Assembly: GCF_009914755.1 (NCBI RefSeq)
Contig: NC_060933.1
Source of the DNA: the human T2T-CHM13v2.0 reference genome, Homo sapiens
Direction: 5' to 3' (one strand)
Length of the DNA stretch: 64,000 nt
Shown one piece after another: positions 28,193 through 41,265 of this stretch. Position numbers and translations under genes: made by a program. Positions within the stretch are counted from its first letter, which is position 1. Each line of letters begins with the position of its first letter. A model generated the notes under the pieces. That model saw only the letters and a list, made by a program, of their open reading frames with translations, was not told the origin of the DNA and did no database searches.

Positions 28193-31100
28193 TATATGTT
28201 TTTAAATAGAGATAATTCTATAGTAAAAACAATGTACATACATTGTTAAAATTTCTGAGAGTATAAAAAAAAAAAGGAAGAAGGGGGAAAAGAACCACAT
28301 GGACCTTTTATGTTTGGGTTCAACCCAGAAAGCTTGTCACATCTGAAATTTAATAAAGGCAACAGCAAAAACCAAAGGGGTGTGATTTGCATCATCTATG
28401 AATCACTTATTGCAAGTAACACTCCTTCAAGGAATTGTAAATTGCTGGATGTAGTCTTACATTCTGTTTTCATTTTCTATTTGACAAAATGTTGTGGTTG
28501 CTCTTTTTTTCAGTGGCTGTTATTTTATGTGTTGTTCCTGCCTCTCTATTGATTTTAGAGAAATGGTCTTTTAGACAGCTAAGTAAATATAAAGAAATAT
28601 TTGTATAGTAAAATACTATAGTATAATAGGATGTGAAGACACTCTGCCTGTAAGAAATACTTATGAGTTGCCTCACTAGTAGCCAAGATGTGATTCACAG
28701 AGCTGGCTGAGCAGGCATGAGAGCTGTGGAAGCTGGTTAAAGAGAAAAACCTGGTACTCCGGCACATTTCAAGTCATGTTCTGTAAATTTCAGCTATATG
28801 GTGAGTCTCCACAGAAAGCCTATATGCAAATTTCCTTATAGTCATTTATACTGTAACTTAGGAGTAAAGTTGATATAAATCAAGCATGTTATTTTTGTAG
28901 TAATTAGAATTTAAAATTTTTAAAATTCAGCTTCTCCTTTTATGTTGATTTAGTAATAAAACCAAAACTCAGTGATTAACACACAACTTTAATAAATCTC
29001 GTGTGTAGTCATCCTTTCAAATTCAGAGACATACCAAGATGCGTGAACTTTGGATTTGGGCATATCTATACCCCCAAAGTAGCTGAACTACAGATTTTCA
29101 AACCGTCTTTTGGAAAGAGTTGACAGTAAGCTAGAGATTTTGTTGGCTAAATTTTGTCACAAAGTCATTTTCTAAACCTCTGAGTTTATAACTGCCAGAA
29201 ACAAAGAGTAATAAGAAAAGTGCTGATGACAGAATAATTTACAAGAGGGGTATATGGGGGCTTTTTAAACTACAACACTGAACTGGGAATTAGGAATCCT
29301 GGGTATCTCATCCGTCCTGCCACTAATTCTCTTTGTAACCTTGGGTGAGTCACTTGACCTTTGTTGTGGCTTGACTGCCCATTGGTGCACTCAGAGAGAG
29401 AGAGAGAGAGGCCTTAAAATAACGAGATGGAAGGTGCTACGAAGGTGCAGAGTATCACAGCCTTTCCACGACTCTCTGATTTTACTTTTCATGAAAATTA
29501 TTAACATTTGGCAAAGAGTCATTACTCGACAATTTATTATCCTGTTCAAATCCAGGTAGGTTAAAAGTTTAAACTTTTTTATACCAAAAGTCAAGTCTCT
29601 TTTGCTTTATAGAAACCCCAGATACCACATGGTAAAAAAAAAAAAAAAATCAAAAAAGCTTATGAAGTTCATTTGAAAAGCCTCTTTTCTGGCACATAGG
29701 CTCTGCATTATAATGAAATATTCCATTGAAACGTCTGCTCTTGGCACCATGAACGGAGAAAAGTCTTGTGTTTGTATACTCTGTGAAGTTGAACAACAAT
29801 TTCCAACATATGTTAGGAGAGGCTGCCCTCTTTGGAGATGGGAAAATGGATAGCCCCAGAGGGAAAGGAAAACCGAGCGCTGAAAAGTTTTTGTTAATCT
29901 TTTACTGGTGAAACAGAGCTGGGAGCAGAGCAGCCTGTTGGCTGCAGAGAAGGCTGGAGCCAAAAGGCCCGGCCCACAGGAAATGAACGCTGTCCTCCTC
30001 AGCGAGGCTACTTAAGCGGAGAGAAAACATTTACAGTACTTGTAATTACGATGGTTTTCGGCACCTAAATTGTCATAAATCACATTTATAAAAGCCATCT
30101 TCGCACCAGTCAAATTTTGAAAGCTGCAAAATATATTCAGCTGGTGGGTAGTTTGAAACGGTGGTACATATGTTTGGAATAAATACATGTTATAATTATG
30201 GTTTTTAATACTGGGAGCTTTCTTATGAGGATTTATACTCACATACTGATGATAATGGAGTACATTGTGAACATAATAAAGTGGTGATGGGTGGTATTTG
30301 TTCCAGCATTTCTGCAAAATACTACTTCCAACTCTGAGGGGTATGTTCCTATGTAAATCCCCATACATCAAGATAAAAATATACTTCTCAGTGTATTTCC
30401 TGGAGCAAACTACCTAGAGAGAAAATACCTGCATTTTCACAACCAATTCATGGATCTTAAAACATAATTATGTCTTATTGCATTGTTGATCCCAGAGCAG
30501 TATTTGAATTAAAAAGGAGTGCCAATAGAATTGGTAGAAAGTAAAAGAGCTCTATTTTATAGCCAAGAGCATGGTGGAGCGAAATCTAGTTTTAATAAAA
30601 GACTAGTATCATAATAAGCAGATGAATCTAACTGGTAATTAGAGTTTTTATTACATATGTATTACCTAACACCAAAGCCTATTCTACCAAGCAGAAAACG
30701 AAGGGGAGAGATGGGTAATGAATTATATAGTCTGGTAGGGCCAAGGAGAAATCTGAATTAACTCTTTACACAGTTCTGATACATTGGACAACTGTACTTT
30801 GGACTGGGGACCTGGTCTGAGATATCTTTCTCTATAGTAATCTTTCATTCAATCATTTACTCATTTGACAAATACTTGCTAAGCACCCCTTGTATGCCAG
30901 ACACTAGCCTAGACGCTGAGGGCAGAAACGAGTAAGTCAAGTTTCTGCCTTAAAAGTTTCTGCCTTTGAGAGAAATAGAGTCATAAATAAATACAACAGA
31001 ACAGATGATGTGCACAGATAGAGATATAAATAGTAATTTTTGTCTGGGCATGCATTTTCACTGTAAACTCTATAATAGAGGACATATATTATGGGTTTCT

Positions 31101-31619
31101 TGTTCCTGGCACTGGTCAGAGATCATAGCAGTCTAGGCAAGGAACTTGTTTAAAACTGAGCTTGGTAAGCAGATTCAGGGTGATATCCTACAGCTCTTGG
31201 TCTTACTTCATTTCCATAAGCATTTTAAAAGTGTGGGTCTCTGCTTATTGCGAAGGTATGTATTCCATAGGATCCCTTTTCTGTTTTGACAGTTTCTGTC
31301 TTAGTCCAGAAAATGTGATTAGACTGATGAGTTTACAGCCTACTGTGGGAATGCAGGGCCTTATCATAGGTAAAATAGGCAGTAATTGGGTACAATAGCA
31401 GAGTTTTGCTCCCTCTCTAAGTACATGTCTGTTTCTACCCTCATACCGCTACCATGTCAGAAAATTCTGTTGTAGAGGTTTCATTCCATTAGCTTAAATT
31501 TTCATTTTTGCTTTGTTGTAATTCACCTCCTAGTGTGATTGAACAACAGATTCTTTCTTTAGAACAAATTATAGAAATGAGATTAAGAAGAATATAGGAA
31601 GGAAGAAGGGGTTATGTTC

Positions 31620-32690
31620 AATGGGGAGCCTGCAAAAGTACATCAACTGGACTTCATAAGGGAGGCAGGAGATTATACTGAAGAAGCTATATGACCTAGC
31701 TAGCTGCCGATGGCTAGGGAAGATCTTCGGGATTGGATTTTGAAGGCGTTTGATCAAGGGAGTCAATATGTATGTATGAATTCATTGACTTCAGGACACA
31801 GGATTTAACATGATGGCGTGAACCCCAGGGAGTAAGACAAATTCACTGCAACCATGGCTCCTAAAAGTGTGGAGAAAGTGATGGTTAATGCTGAGTGGAA
31901 AGGAAATGCCTAAATTGTGCCAAAAGATGATACAGGAAGGAATAAAGAGCCTGGAGAAACTAGTCATGCTAGAATGGATATATTTTGCCAGGTCAAAAGA
32001 CTTCCTGGAGGATTATACTCAACAAGAGGACCCAGAGGACACACCACTTACCAAGGTCATTAGGAATGAGCTGGTGAGGCAACCAGCATCACTAAATGTT
32101 TAGTGGTGACAAATCTCAGTGGGAGAATTGGAATTCAGGACCCTGGGATTCTGGAACAAGGCCATGCCATTTGCAGCAGCAGATAATTATATGCCTTTTG
32201 ATAAACATCTCCTGGTGTGTTACTGTGCCCTGGTAAAGATGAAACACTTGACCAAAGGATACCAATTGTCTGTGCATGGAGACCTGCCCAATATTGGCTG
32301 TGTTCTCTCAGACCCACCAAATCAGGAAGTCAGATTGGCCTAGCTGCAGCCAATTGTCCATTTTAAGATGGAAATGGTATAGCCTGGATGGGCTGCACAG
32401 GCAGGTAGCCCAGATCCCTTGTCACTCACCACAGTTTGAGTAACCCTCTCGCTTACTCACACCTATGGCTGTATGCGGGTTGGGGAGAGGTCCTGTATAA
32501 CCAGCTGAAGGAGGGGGAGAGAGCCATAGTTTGGTTTACAGATGAGCTGACTCAGTATGTGGGTGCAAACCAGAAATGATTGGTAGCTGCATTATAGCCA
32601 CATTCAGTGGTGTTCTTCAAAGACAAGGAAGAGGGAATGTCTCCTCAGTAAGTGGAGCTACAGTCACGATGTCTGTTCATCCAGGTGTGG
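31620..32690 (+). mobile_element. ERVL-class (HERV16/ERV3-16A3-like) internal remnant: gag plus pol fragments, non-functional
   Basis: ORF 31888-32103 EGIKSLEKLVMLEWI...EDPEDTPLTKVIRNELVRQPASL resembles HERV-L Gag; ORF 32119-32343 LGFWNKAMP..DNYMPFDKHLLVCYCALV resembles HERV-L Pol LGFWSKALP..DNYSPFERQLLACYWALV; RNase H WFTD at 32532-32543; stops and frameshifts throughout. Confidence 0.85.
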
Positions 32691-34309
32691 TAAGTGCTTA
32701 TTTGATGTTCAGTGAATGAATGAATCACTCAATGAATGAACACAGAGCATAGGAGTAATTGAACTCCATAGATCGTTTCTGGTCATGTTACAGTTGGCGA
32801 GAAAAGTATCAAATGGTTGCAGAAGCTGGACCTCTAGAACTTCTGGTCTCCGTTAGTTAGAACAGTTAAGAAAGGAAATTTTTGTCCAACCTCTATTATG
32901 CTAATTCCAGACAAAGAGGACTCCATCTGGACTATCAGAATGTTTCTTTGAACATGAAGTGATTTTTGTTAGAATAAATTATAGAATAAATATTAGAACA
33001 AGTTGAACAAAAAGGCTACACTGAAAGCCGGAGTAGGAAATACATTGTGTGGGAATCTACTTGCCTACAACTCAGAGCAAGTATTCTAGAAAATAATAGA
33101 AAGGAGATGAGAGAAAGCTCATCTATGTTAAAAAAAAAAATATACCGGCCTGAGAAATACTTTGCAAAGGAGTACACCTATGCAGTCAGTGGCACATTTA
33201 TCTCAACAACACTTTAAATACCATTTTTGGTAAATAGGCACCATTTAAAAATAGTTTGCACTCAACATTAGTCAAATTCTATCCTCTTCCTTTAAAATGA
33301 ATGCTGCTATAAGGAGAATGTTGACACATATGATCCTGTCTGATTCATTTGTAGGGAGTAAAAGGTCTGTCTTTAAATTGTACCAAACCAAAATAAATAA
33401 ATAAATAAAACCAAGATTCAGACTTACATATGCCACATTATAAATTATTATTATTCTGCTGCTATCTTTTAAAAATGTACTTTACCCACATATTAGAATA
33501 AGAAATAGGCTTCTGGTATGTATTAAAGAAAAGTAATATTATAAAGTGTATTTTGCCCTATAACAAAACCTGGTGACATTTCTGGTTGGATTATTGTCAC
33601 AAATTAAAAACAAAACAAAACAACAAAAAAACCAGAAAACACTGGTTAGATTATTCCTGAGCTCTCAGAGCAAAAGCATTCCATAGGAAGCCAAGAAATA
33701 TAATTTTAGTTGAAGTATAATTTTCCAGCTGTTGCAAGTAGGCATATTTTGGCATGTTTCAGAACTAGTGAAATGTAAGGAAATATTAACCAGATGATGG
33801 TTGAATCTGTTTTTATTTTTAACTGCAGGGAGACAAGATTTAGAAGCCGCCGATTCTTATCTGATTTCACAGTACCTTTGCCACAAATAAAGCCAATAAC
33901 TTAGTGTCATAAAATCCTAATGACTCTCTAAGATCCTTGGGGCATGTGCATATGAAAATGACTTTCAGGGATCTGGACACATCTCCTTGTTTTTCATATT
34001 ACTTTTTGAGATCAAGAAAAGATAAAATGTTAAAGTGTTCTCTTTCATTCCACATTTCAAGTAAAAATCTCATTAAGTGAGCAACAGCTGAATATGAACC
34101 AAAATCACCTGCAAGTCCGAAATTGATCATATTTGCAGAAAACAGCCCAAATTAGACCCATCTGAAAAATGGTCCCATCTATTCACAGTCCCAATCAATA
34201 GGACCTTCATCCATTTCGTAATAGCTGAATATAACACCACTCGCAGAGGGTAGAGCAAACCCATTTGGCAGTTTGTTGAAGTCTCTAGTCTTCTCAATGT
34301 TTTCAATTC

Positions 34310-34705
34310 CCGTTTAAAGCATGTTTATGAAGAATTTTAAAAATACATAATATTGCAAAGGAAATCAATTACAAAAATATAGCCATCAAAATGTTAAAAA
34401 ACAATTTTGTACAGTAATGTGCTTTCTCACTAATGCATTGAATAACAAGATCTAGCAGCAGGTCTAATAACTACCATAATTTCAAAATAGTGATGAGTAT
34501 AAACAATATTTTTAAAATATCTATACTAGCTGTGTTGTGTTATGAAAATATCTGTGATTTCTCTTAGTGTCAACATCACAGCTACTGCATATGCTAATAT
34601 TGCTTACCTGTATTATTTAAGAAATGTGACTTTTCAGTTAGAGATTAGTGAAAATATTAACATATTAGTCTTTCTGTTTCAATTTACCAATGCCCTGAAT
34701 TTGAG
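34310..34705. mobile_element. hAT-Charlie non-autonomous element (Charlie4a-like)
   Basis: AATAACAAGATCTAGCAGCAGGTCTAATAACTACCATAATTTC...TATGAAAATATCTGTGATTTCT...TTTCAGTTAGAG matches a recalled Charlie consensus. Confidence 0.6.
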
Positions 34706-36599
34706 CCCTGGTATAGAGAATGGACCTAATATTTCAATTAATTTCTCTGTGTCAGGCACTGTGTCAGGCCCTATGCATTCACTTACTTCATCTCACAGAA
34801 GCCCTTTGAGCTGGGTAACATTGACCCCATGTTACAATCAAGGAATCTGAGATTCAGGTTTCTTGCCCAAAGTCTGGAGTTCAAACCCAGGTGTGATTGG
34901 TTCCAAATCCGACAGGTCGCATATCTTTCTGTTTTACTATCCTATTTCCCAGTAGAAAATCTTTTTTTCTTATTAATAATCTCAGGCAAAAGCTTTAGCT
35001 CCTCTGTAGCAACTACCTAGCTCTTTGTTTTATTAAAATGAAGCATGTGTGTGTTTCTTCTAAGTAAGTGTAACACCTCTGTAGGAGTCCATAGACGATA
35101 CATGATAAACTAGTCACATGTTTATCAATATTCTAACTAAACCGAGTTCCAGCTTTCTGGGCTACAGCGTTTTATTTCCTTCTTCTCTAGTTCTAGTCTG
35201 TGTTATCTAAACGGAAATGAAGTTTGGCATTTGTATTCCCCCAAATGATGAACTTCCTTACCTTATGCTGACAAAAAGCTCTTTCATTTCATTCTCCTTC
35301 AATAACCAGCTCTCCATTTGCAATGTGAGTGGGCAGCTCTGCCCCAAGAAGACCTCCACCTTCCCCAAGCCAGAAAGGGAGCCAAGAGCTGTAGCACCAT
35401 CCTCCCATAGTTTCCAACCTCAGCCTAGCCTGAAAGACTGTGCTCCTTCTAATAAGAGGCCATTCAGTCTCCCTGGGCTCATGGGGAGGCTCCTCCTGAT
35501 CAGAGGCTGTGGGTTCTAAACAGTGCCAAATTGTGTGGGGTGGTTTTCCTTACTATGTACTACTGTCCACTGGGGATGGAACTGAGACCACTAAAATAAT
35601 TCTACGTGGTAGTCTAGGTCTAACTCATGTTTAAGAGAAATATTTGGATACTTGGTGTATTTTAACTTCTGGATGATACTCTTAGCAATTCCCTGATGAA
35701 GTAGTTTATGTAACTTAGAGGAATTCTAAACATGATAAATGTTTCACACACACATCTTGATGTCAAGGATAGAATTTATCCAATATAAGAGCAGACAAGT
35801 TTAATAAACCACTTAAGTGTTATAAGGCATGTTTCATACTGCAATGAATTATGTCCCTATCTGTGGTTCAATGTATATGTTCTATCATTTTGAATATTGA
35901 ATTAAAAAAAACCTGTATAAATAATGTGAAAGGTCTGATTTAAAGCAACAAATGCTAATAAAATCAAATTGAAGGCTGACAGAACTTCAGTAACTCACAG
36001 ATATTTCTTAGGAAAGGTATAATAGGGAAGGTATTAAAGAGGGCGTCTTGATATTTTCTTTAATAAGTCTGTTTGAAATCATGTTGAATATCCAGATTTT
36101 TCAAAGGCAAATTCATTCAATTTGTAGAACTTTAAACATCCACAATTATATCTGGTTCATGGCACCTGTTTTAATAATTAGGTTTTCCAGAAAATATGTA
36201 TTTCCAAAAAATTGATCTTTTAATTGAGTTTTCATATGACAGCACTAGAGATATTCCTTACACTTATGGAGAGTTATATTTCTGCTAGAAGTTCCTGTAA
36301 GAAAAATTATTTAAATCAAACCATTCTGATTTTTTTTTTTCATATTGAATCAATAGCACAGCCATGTTATACTGGTTGAGAACCTGAAGCCCAGCTTCTT
36401 AAAGAAATGATCTCAGGTAAAATTTATTTTAGAATACCTTTAACAAATTGGGAGTTAAGAAAACATCTAATCAGAGTAAGGATTTGAGAAAAAAAATCTT
36501 TCCTTGATCGCAAGCAATTTTGAGAATATTTTTGAGAGACCCAGGATCATTTGATAAATTTTCAGGAAAATTTATCAAATTTGATAAATTTTCAGTTTT

Positions 36600-36960
36600 G
36601 TTGCCTTCTTGTTACTATCACAAATGTCCCTGTGGCTAGGATGGGCCTTAGGGGACAAAGTGTCAGTCCTTTTACTGCCTTCAAGAAACAAAGTCTTTCT
36701 GCTCTCTGGAACTGCCACCTCAGCACCTGCTGCTTCATCTTGCACCCTGATGTTATATAAGGCATCACTACCTTTAAAATGCATGAACCAAGCCTTATTT
36801 GCATTGAACTTTTCAGCCTTTGATCCTACATCACAATGTTGTTTCACCATGTAGAAAAGCTTCAAAGCTTTGGCTTGAGTAGTAGCCAAACTCAAAGCTA
36901 AATTAGATCCTGACTTCACAAAATCTTAAATCTTTTCCATCTTAGCCTCAAATCTTGTAA
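36600..36960 (-). mobile_element. Tigger/pogo-family transposase remnant (CENP-B-type HTH region)
   Basis: ORF 36575-36919 LSLATTQAKALKLF...EKFNANKAWFMHFK..LYNIRVQDEAAGAEV resembles Tigger LSQSLIQSKALTLF...EKFEASRGWFMRFK..LHNIKVQGEAASADV. Confidence 0.8.
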
Positions 36961-37099
36961 CTTTATCTGAATTAATAATGGACAGCAACCATTGCTAAAC
37001 TACTTTCAGTCATTTTAAGGACCAGGTCTGTAGTATGAATACCAGTTTGAACTAGTGAGACTAATGTTTTCAAGAAATGGAACAGAATGGACACTTACA

Positions 37100-37210
37100 G
37101 AAAGGAGTGTTACTCTGGAAAGTAGTCTCTTTGGGAAGTCATATACTTAGTTCAATAATGATCTTATTTCTCAAAACATTTTTGGAGTTATTCTTTTGGC
37201 TTTCATAGAG
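37100..37210. mobile_element. MARNA (mariner-like) fragment
   Basis: AAAGTAGTCTCTTTGGGAAG..ATATACTTA.TTCAA..ATG...CTCAAAACATTTTTGGA. Confidence 0.6.
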
Positions 37211-38094
37211 AGAGAGAGAGTACTGTTTGCAAAGGTAAACAAGTTTTATTTCTTTATAGCCAAGCAGGTAAAAGTCTCAGGCTGCAAAATCCTCTGTGCA
37301 AAAAACAAATATAACATTATTCTGTAACTGAACTTAATTTCAATCATATTCAACTCAGGCTACCTTTGGTCAATTATTTATTAAGTCTGTTCCGGAGTTT
37401 TTTTTCCCCCACCATTTTCTCCCTGAGTTGCCTCTAAGTTCTGGGGCCTTAAGTCATCATACTTTGATGTCTATCAAGAGGGGGACCTTTGTCCTCAGAA
37501 ATTCTTGTTTATTTGTGATGGCTCCTATTGGCTTCCGGGCATAGTGATCTATCCTTGCTGGTATCCTCAAGATGGCCTTGTTCTCCTCTGGACTTGTGTT
37601 TCCAGTTCATACAACTTTCAAGACTGCTAGACTGCTTGAGGTCACTCCAGCCTTGTCTTTTGCATCCCTCTTGAGGTGAGAGGACAGGGAAGCACAGGAA
37701 ATATTTGGATGCCTTTTTGTGCTGCTCTGGAGCTCTGGGAGACTTGACGGAGCTATGCCATGCCCATTCTGCTCTGACGTGCTCAGCAGGCCCCACCTTT
37801 ACTTTCTCTGCCTGTGACTGGTGGAGGTATAGAGAGAGAGCAAGGGGAGGCTTGTTGCTCCTTCGGTTCCACTAAGGAAATGAGGCACAAGTCTCCCTTT
37901 GTTTGGATCCCCACCCTACCTGGGGAATTCAGCATTTCTTTGGGGGTATGTCACACCTTCCACTTAGATCATCATGCATCATTTTTCTAAATCTATTGCT
38001 GCAGCATTAACTTTATGCTCAGAGTCTTTCAGGATTTCTACTTTTGTCTTTCTGAAACCTTTCTCTCAAACTCTTCTCTGCCATGAGTTTCAAG

Positions 38095-38340
38095 GCATCA
38101 CAATGTAGTGGTTAGGAGCATGGACTCTGGCGTCCCGTGTGCTGGGTTTGAATGCTGGCTCCACCATGCACTGGTTTTAGGGTCCTGGACATGAGTCTGT
38201 GCCTTGGTTTCTTCATCTGTAAAACAGGGGTGATGATAATAGTGCTTACCTCATGGAGCTGTTATGGGAATTAATGAGTCTATATTTATAAAGCACTTAG
38301 AACAGTGCCTACCCACAATCAACATTGCATATTATTAGCT
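38095..38340 (+). mobile_element. MIR
   Basis: GTAGTGGTTAGGAGCATGGACTCTGG...CTGTGCCTTGGTTTCTTCATCTGTAAAA...AAAGCACTTAGAACAGTGCCT. Confidence 0.85.
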
Positions 38341-38462
38341 GCATTTGTAAAATAAATCCATAAACCTGAAAAGCTGAATATTAGCTCTTTTTTCCTTTGG
38401 TGCCTAATGCTGCCTGAGTGGGAGAAAGGCCAGGGGTAGGAGGAAAATTTGAAGAGTGATAC

Positions 38463-38905
38463 TGTGATAGTTAATTTTATATGTCAACTTGACTAGGCCA
38501 TGGGATGCCCAAATATTCAGTTAAACATTATTCTGGGTATGTCTAAAGGTGCTTCAGGGTGAGGTTAACATTTGCAGCAGTCGACTGAGTAAAGCAGATT
38601 GCCCTCCCCAAGTGTGGGTAGGCTGCATCCAATCCACTGAAGGCCTGAATAGAGTACAAAGGTGGAGTAAGAGAAAATGTGCTCTGCGTTACCATCTTCT
38701 CCTGCCCTTGCATTCAGACTTTGACTGGAGCTTGAGTCATTGGCTTTCCTGGTTCTCAGGCCTTTGGACTTGGACTGGAACTGTACCATTGGCTCTGCTA
38801 GGTCTCCAGCTTGCCCATTGCAGAAAGTGGGACTTCTTGGCCTCTCTCTCTCCGTAGGTATGTATATATTCCTATGGGTTCTCTTTCTCTGGAGAGCCCA
38901 GATAG
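38463..38905 (+). mobile_element. MLT2 (MLT2D-like) ERVL LTR
   Basis: Starts TGTGATAGTTAATTTTATATGTCAACTTGACT; contains GACTGAGTAAAGCAGATTGCCCTCC; ends TTCTCTGGAGAGCCC. Confidence 0.85.
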
Positions 38906-39499
38906 ATGTATAAAATAATATTTCAAAATATTGACCAGCCTCAATCATCTCAAAAATCTCTCTCCCTCTCACCCTGTATCTCCTTATTCCTCTCTCCTAC
39001 CCTCCTTTTTATTCATTTTCTTCTTTGCTCAGCTTAGTTTAGCTGACTCAGGCTAAGAGGAGTAATAAATGAAGGAAAGCCAGTCAGGCCAGACTAAGTT
39101 GGAAGTTTGAGATCACTCATGATACAGGTATCTGTAGCTTATAATGGACATGGCCTGACAGGATCTTATCCCTGAAAATTGTGGATGTCATCAGCTTATT
39201 ACATAGGAGGCAATAATAGGTTGTGCCTATTCAGAGTTATCACCATACCCAGCATGATAAGAATTGATTGTGTTAGGCATATATTAATTTCTGATTTTTG
39301 TATTATATATTTTTTACTAAATAGGAGATTTATTTTCAGCAGACACTTGAGATAAATTATGTGATTTATTTAAAATATACATTTATTACTGGCAATTTCA
39401 AAATTGCTCACATTACAAGTTTCAGGTTCATGAGATCCTATTTGTCAAAAAATATGGTATCATGTATTTTATCTTGCTTCTGTGATTTACAATGAAGAC

Positions 39500-39690
39500 T
39501 AAAATTCAGAATCTTCAGTGTCCTAACCCTCTTTCTAGCACTTTATCTTGTTATGGTGTTCGGCAGGTCACTTAATCTCTCCTGGACTCATGTTCCCCAT
39601 TGGTAAAATGAAACCATTAATAATATTTGCCTCCTACAGAATGGTTGTGAAGATTAGTCAGTTAATATTTGTAAAAACTCCTTAACCATG
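39500..39690 (+). mobile_element. MIR fragment
   Basis: GGCAGGTCACTTAATCTCTC..GACTCA..TTCCCCAT.GGTAAAATG...GGTTGTGAAGATTA. Confidence 0.6.
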
Positions 39691-41265
39691 GAAAGAGCGT
39701 TATCACTGCGGACCATTAGAAAGGGCACTGCCCACATTTTCCTTCTATAGAATGGTCGCTCTTTAAAATGTCCTTCAAATGAGCCTTGCAGATCAACAAA
39801 TTTAGTGTCTGTGTACTCTAAGTGGCTACTTTAAAAACTTTTTGTAGAATTTTTATAAAAGAATTCTTGCAGAAAAAATTTCAAAGAGTTCCAGTATATT
39901 GTTATAATTATTCTCCTTTTAAAGATTTTTTTTTTGTGGTGCTACACATTTATATTCACACATACACATACACTTAACACATTCATGTATTATGTAGGTG
40001 AATGGTTTTCTGTTAATATTTGTAATGTACAGTGTGGCTTTGTGTAGATTAGCAATTTTAATTATTTGCCTTACATGTGTGGTGCCCGATTTTTCCAGAA
40101 CCCATAAAAGGGGATTGTTAATTTGAACTTTTTTGCCTTTTTTTTTTTTTTTAAGGACTAGGACTCATAGGGACAAAATAAAATAAAACATATGTTTAGG
40201 TCTTTGATACAGGGAAAAAATGGCATGGATGACCATTATTCTGTTCAACCTGGAATCATGTAAAAATAACAATATAGATGAAACTCTCTAAGACAGGTTT
40301 TGTACTTGGATTATCGCATTCCATTGGAAGATACTGCTAGATTTCAGTGGACAAAGTACAAGAGTGTTAATTTTCTTATTCCACAGAGGTTTTTGAGTAT
40401 CCAGGGGAGATTGAAATGACAAACCCAATAGTTTCCCTAATTCCATTATTTACTGTTTTTCTAGTCCACTACATCGAAGCATCCATGCAGCATGCTCCCA
40501 TCTAAATCACATCAAATTAAATTAAGGAGGCAGCAGGGGCACATCATATTTTCCCAGTGATAAACATTATTATAATTGCCCAGTGTTTATTGAAAGGAAA
40601 ATTTTCAATAAAATGTCAAATAATACTAGGAAGTGATCACAATATCTTGAGTTTGGAAATGAGGAAATCTGGATAGAAAAAAATACTGAGCAACCACTTT
40701 ACTGCTAAGTATATTTTTCAAGATAAGAAGATAAGAAAGATTTTGAGTTTATAAACGATACTAAGAGAAGGTTGGAAGACATCCACTGCTATAAACCCTC
40801 TGGAAGGATGAGTCTGAAACAGGGAACAAGTGAAAAGAAGAGTCAATGGCTTGGAATATGGATGTGGCCTAGGAGGGGGTAGTGGCGAGTGACATTCTTT
40901 CCTAGGTGACTGGCAAAGTAAGAATTACTTATTTGAACGTGGGAGTCTACAGTATGCCAACTTTTATATGTTTCCTGGGAAGTTTAAGAAATAACTGGAT
41001 AAAATCCTTTCTTCATTCAACTACAAATCCCGGAGATACCAGGCAAGAATGAGGCGAGGAAAAGAAACAATATTTGAATTCTTTACTCTCTGGGAGATCA
41101 ATGATCACCTTCTGAACGTCCTTCCTCCTTTGCTCTCATTATCCATCATTCGGCTTAGAGACTTGGGGAATGGAGAACCATGAGTATTATTTTAAAAATC
41201 CTTTTCTGGCTGCTTATCCCACTTTCCCTGCGAAGTTTCTCATCCTTTCCTTCCCTCCCTCCCTT

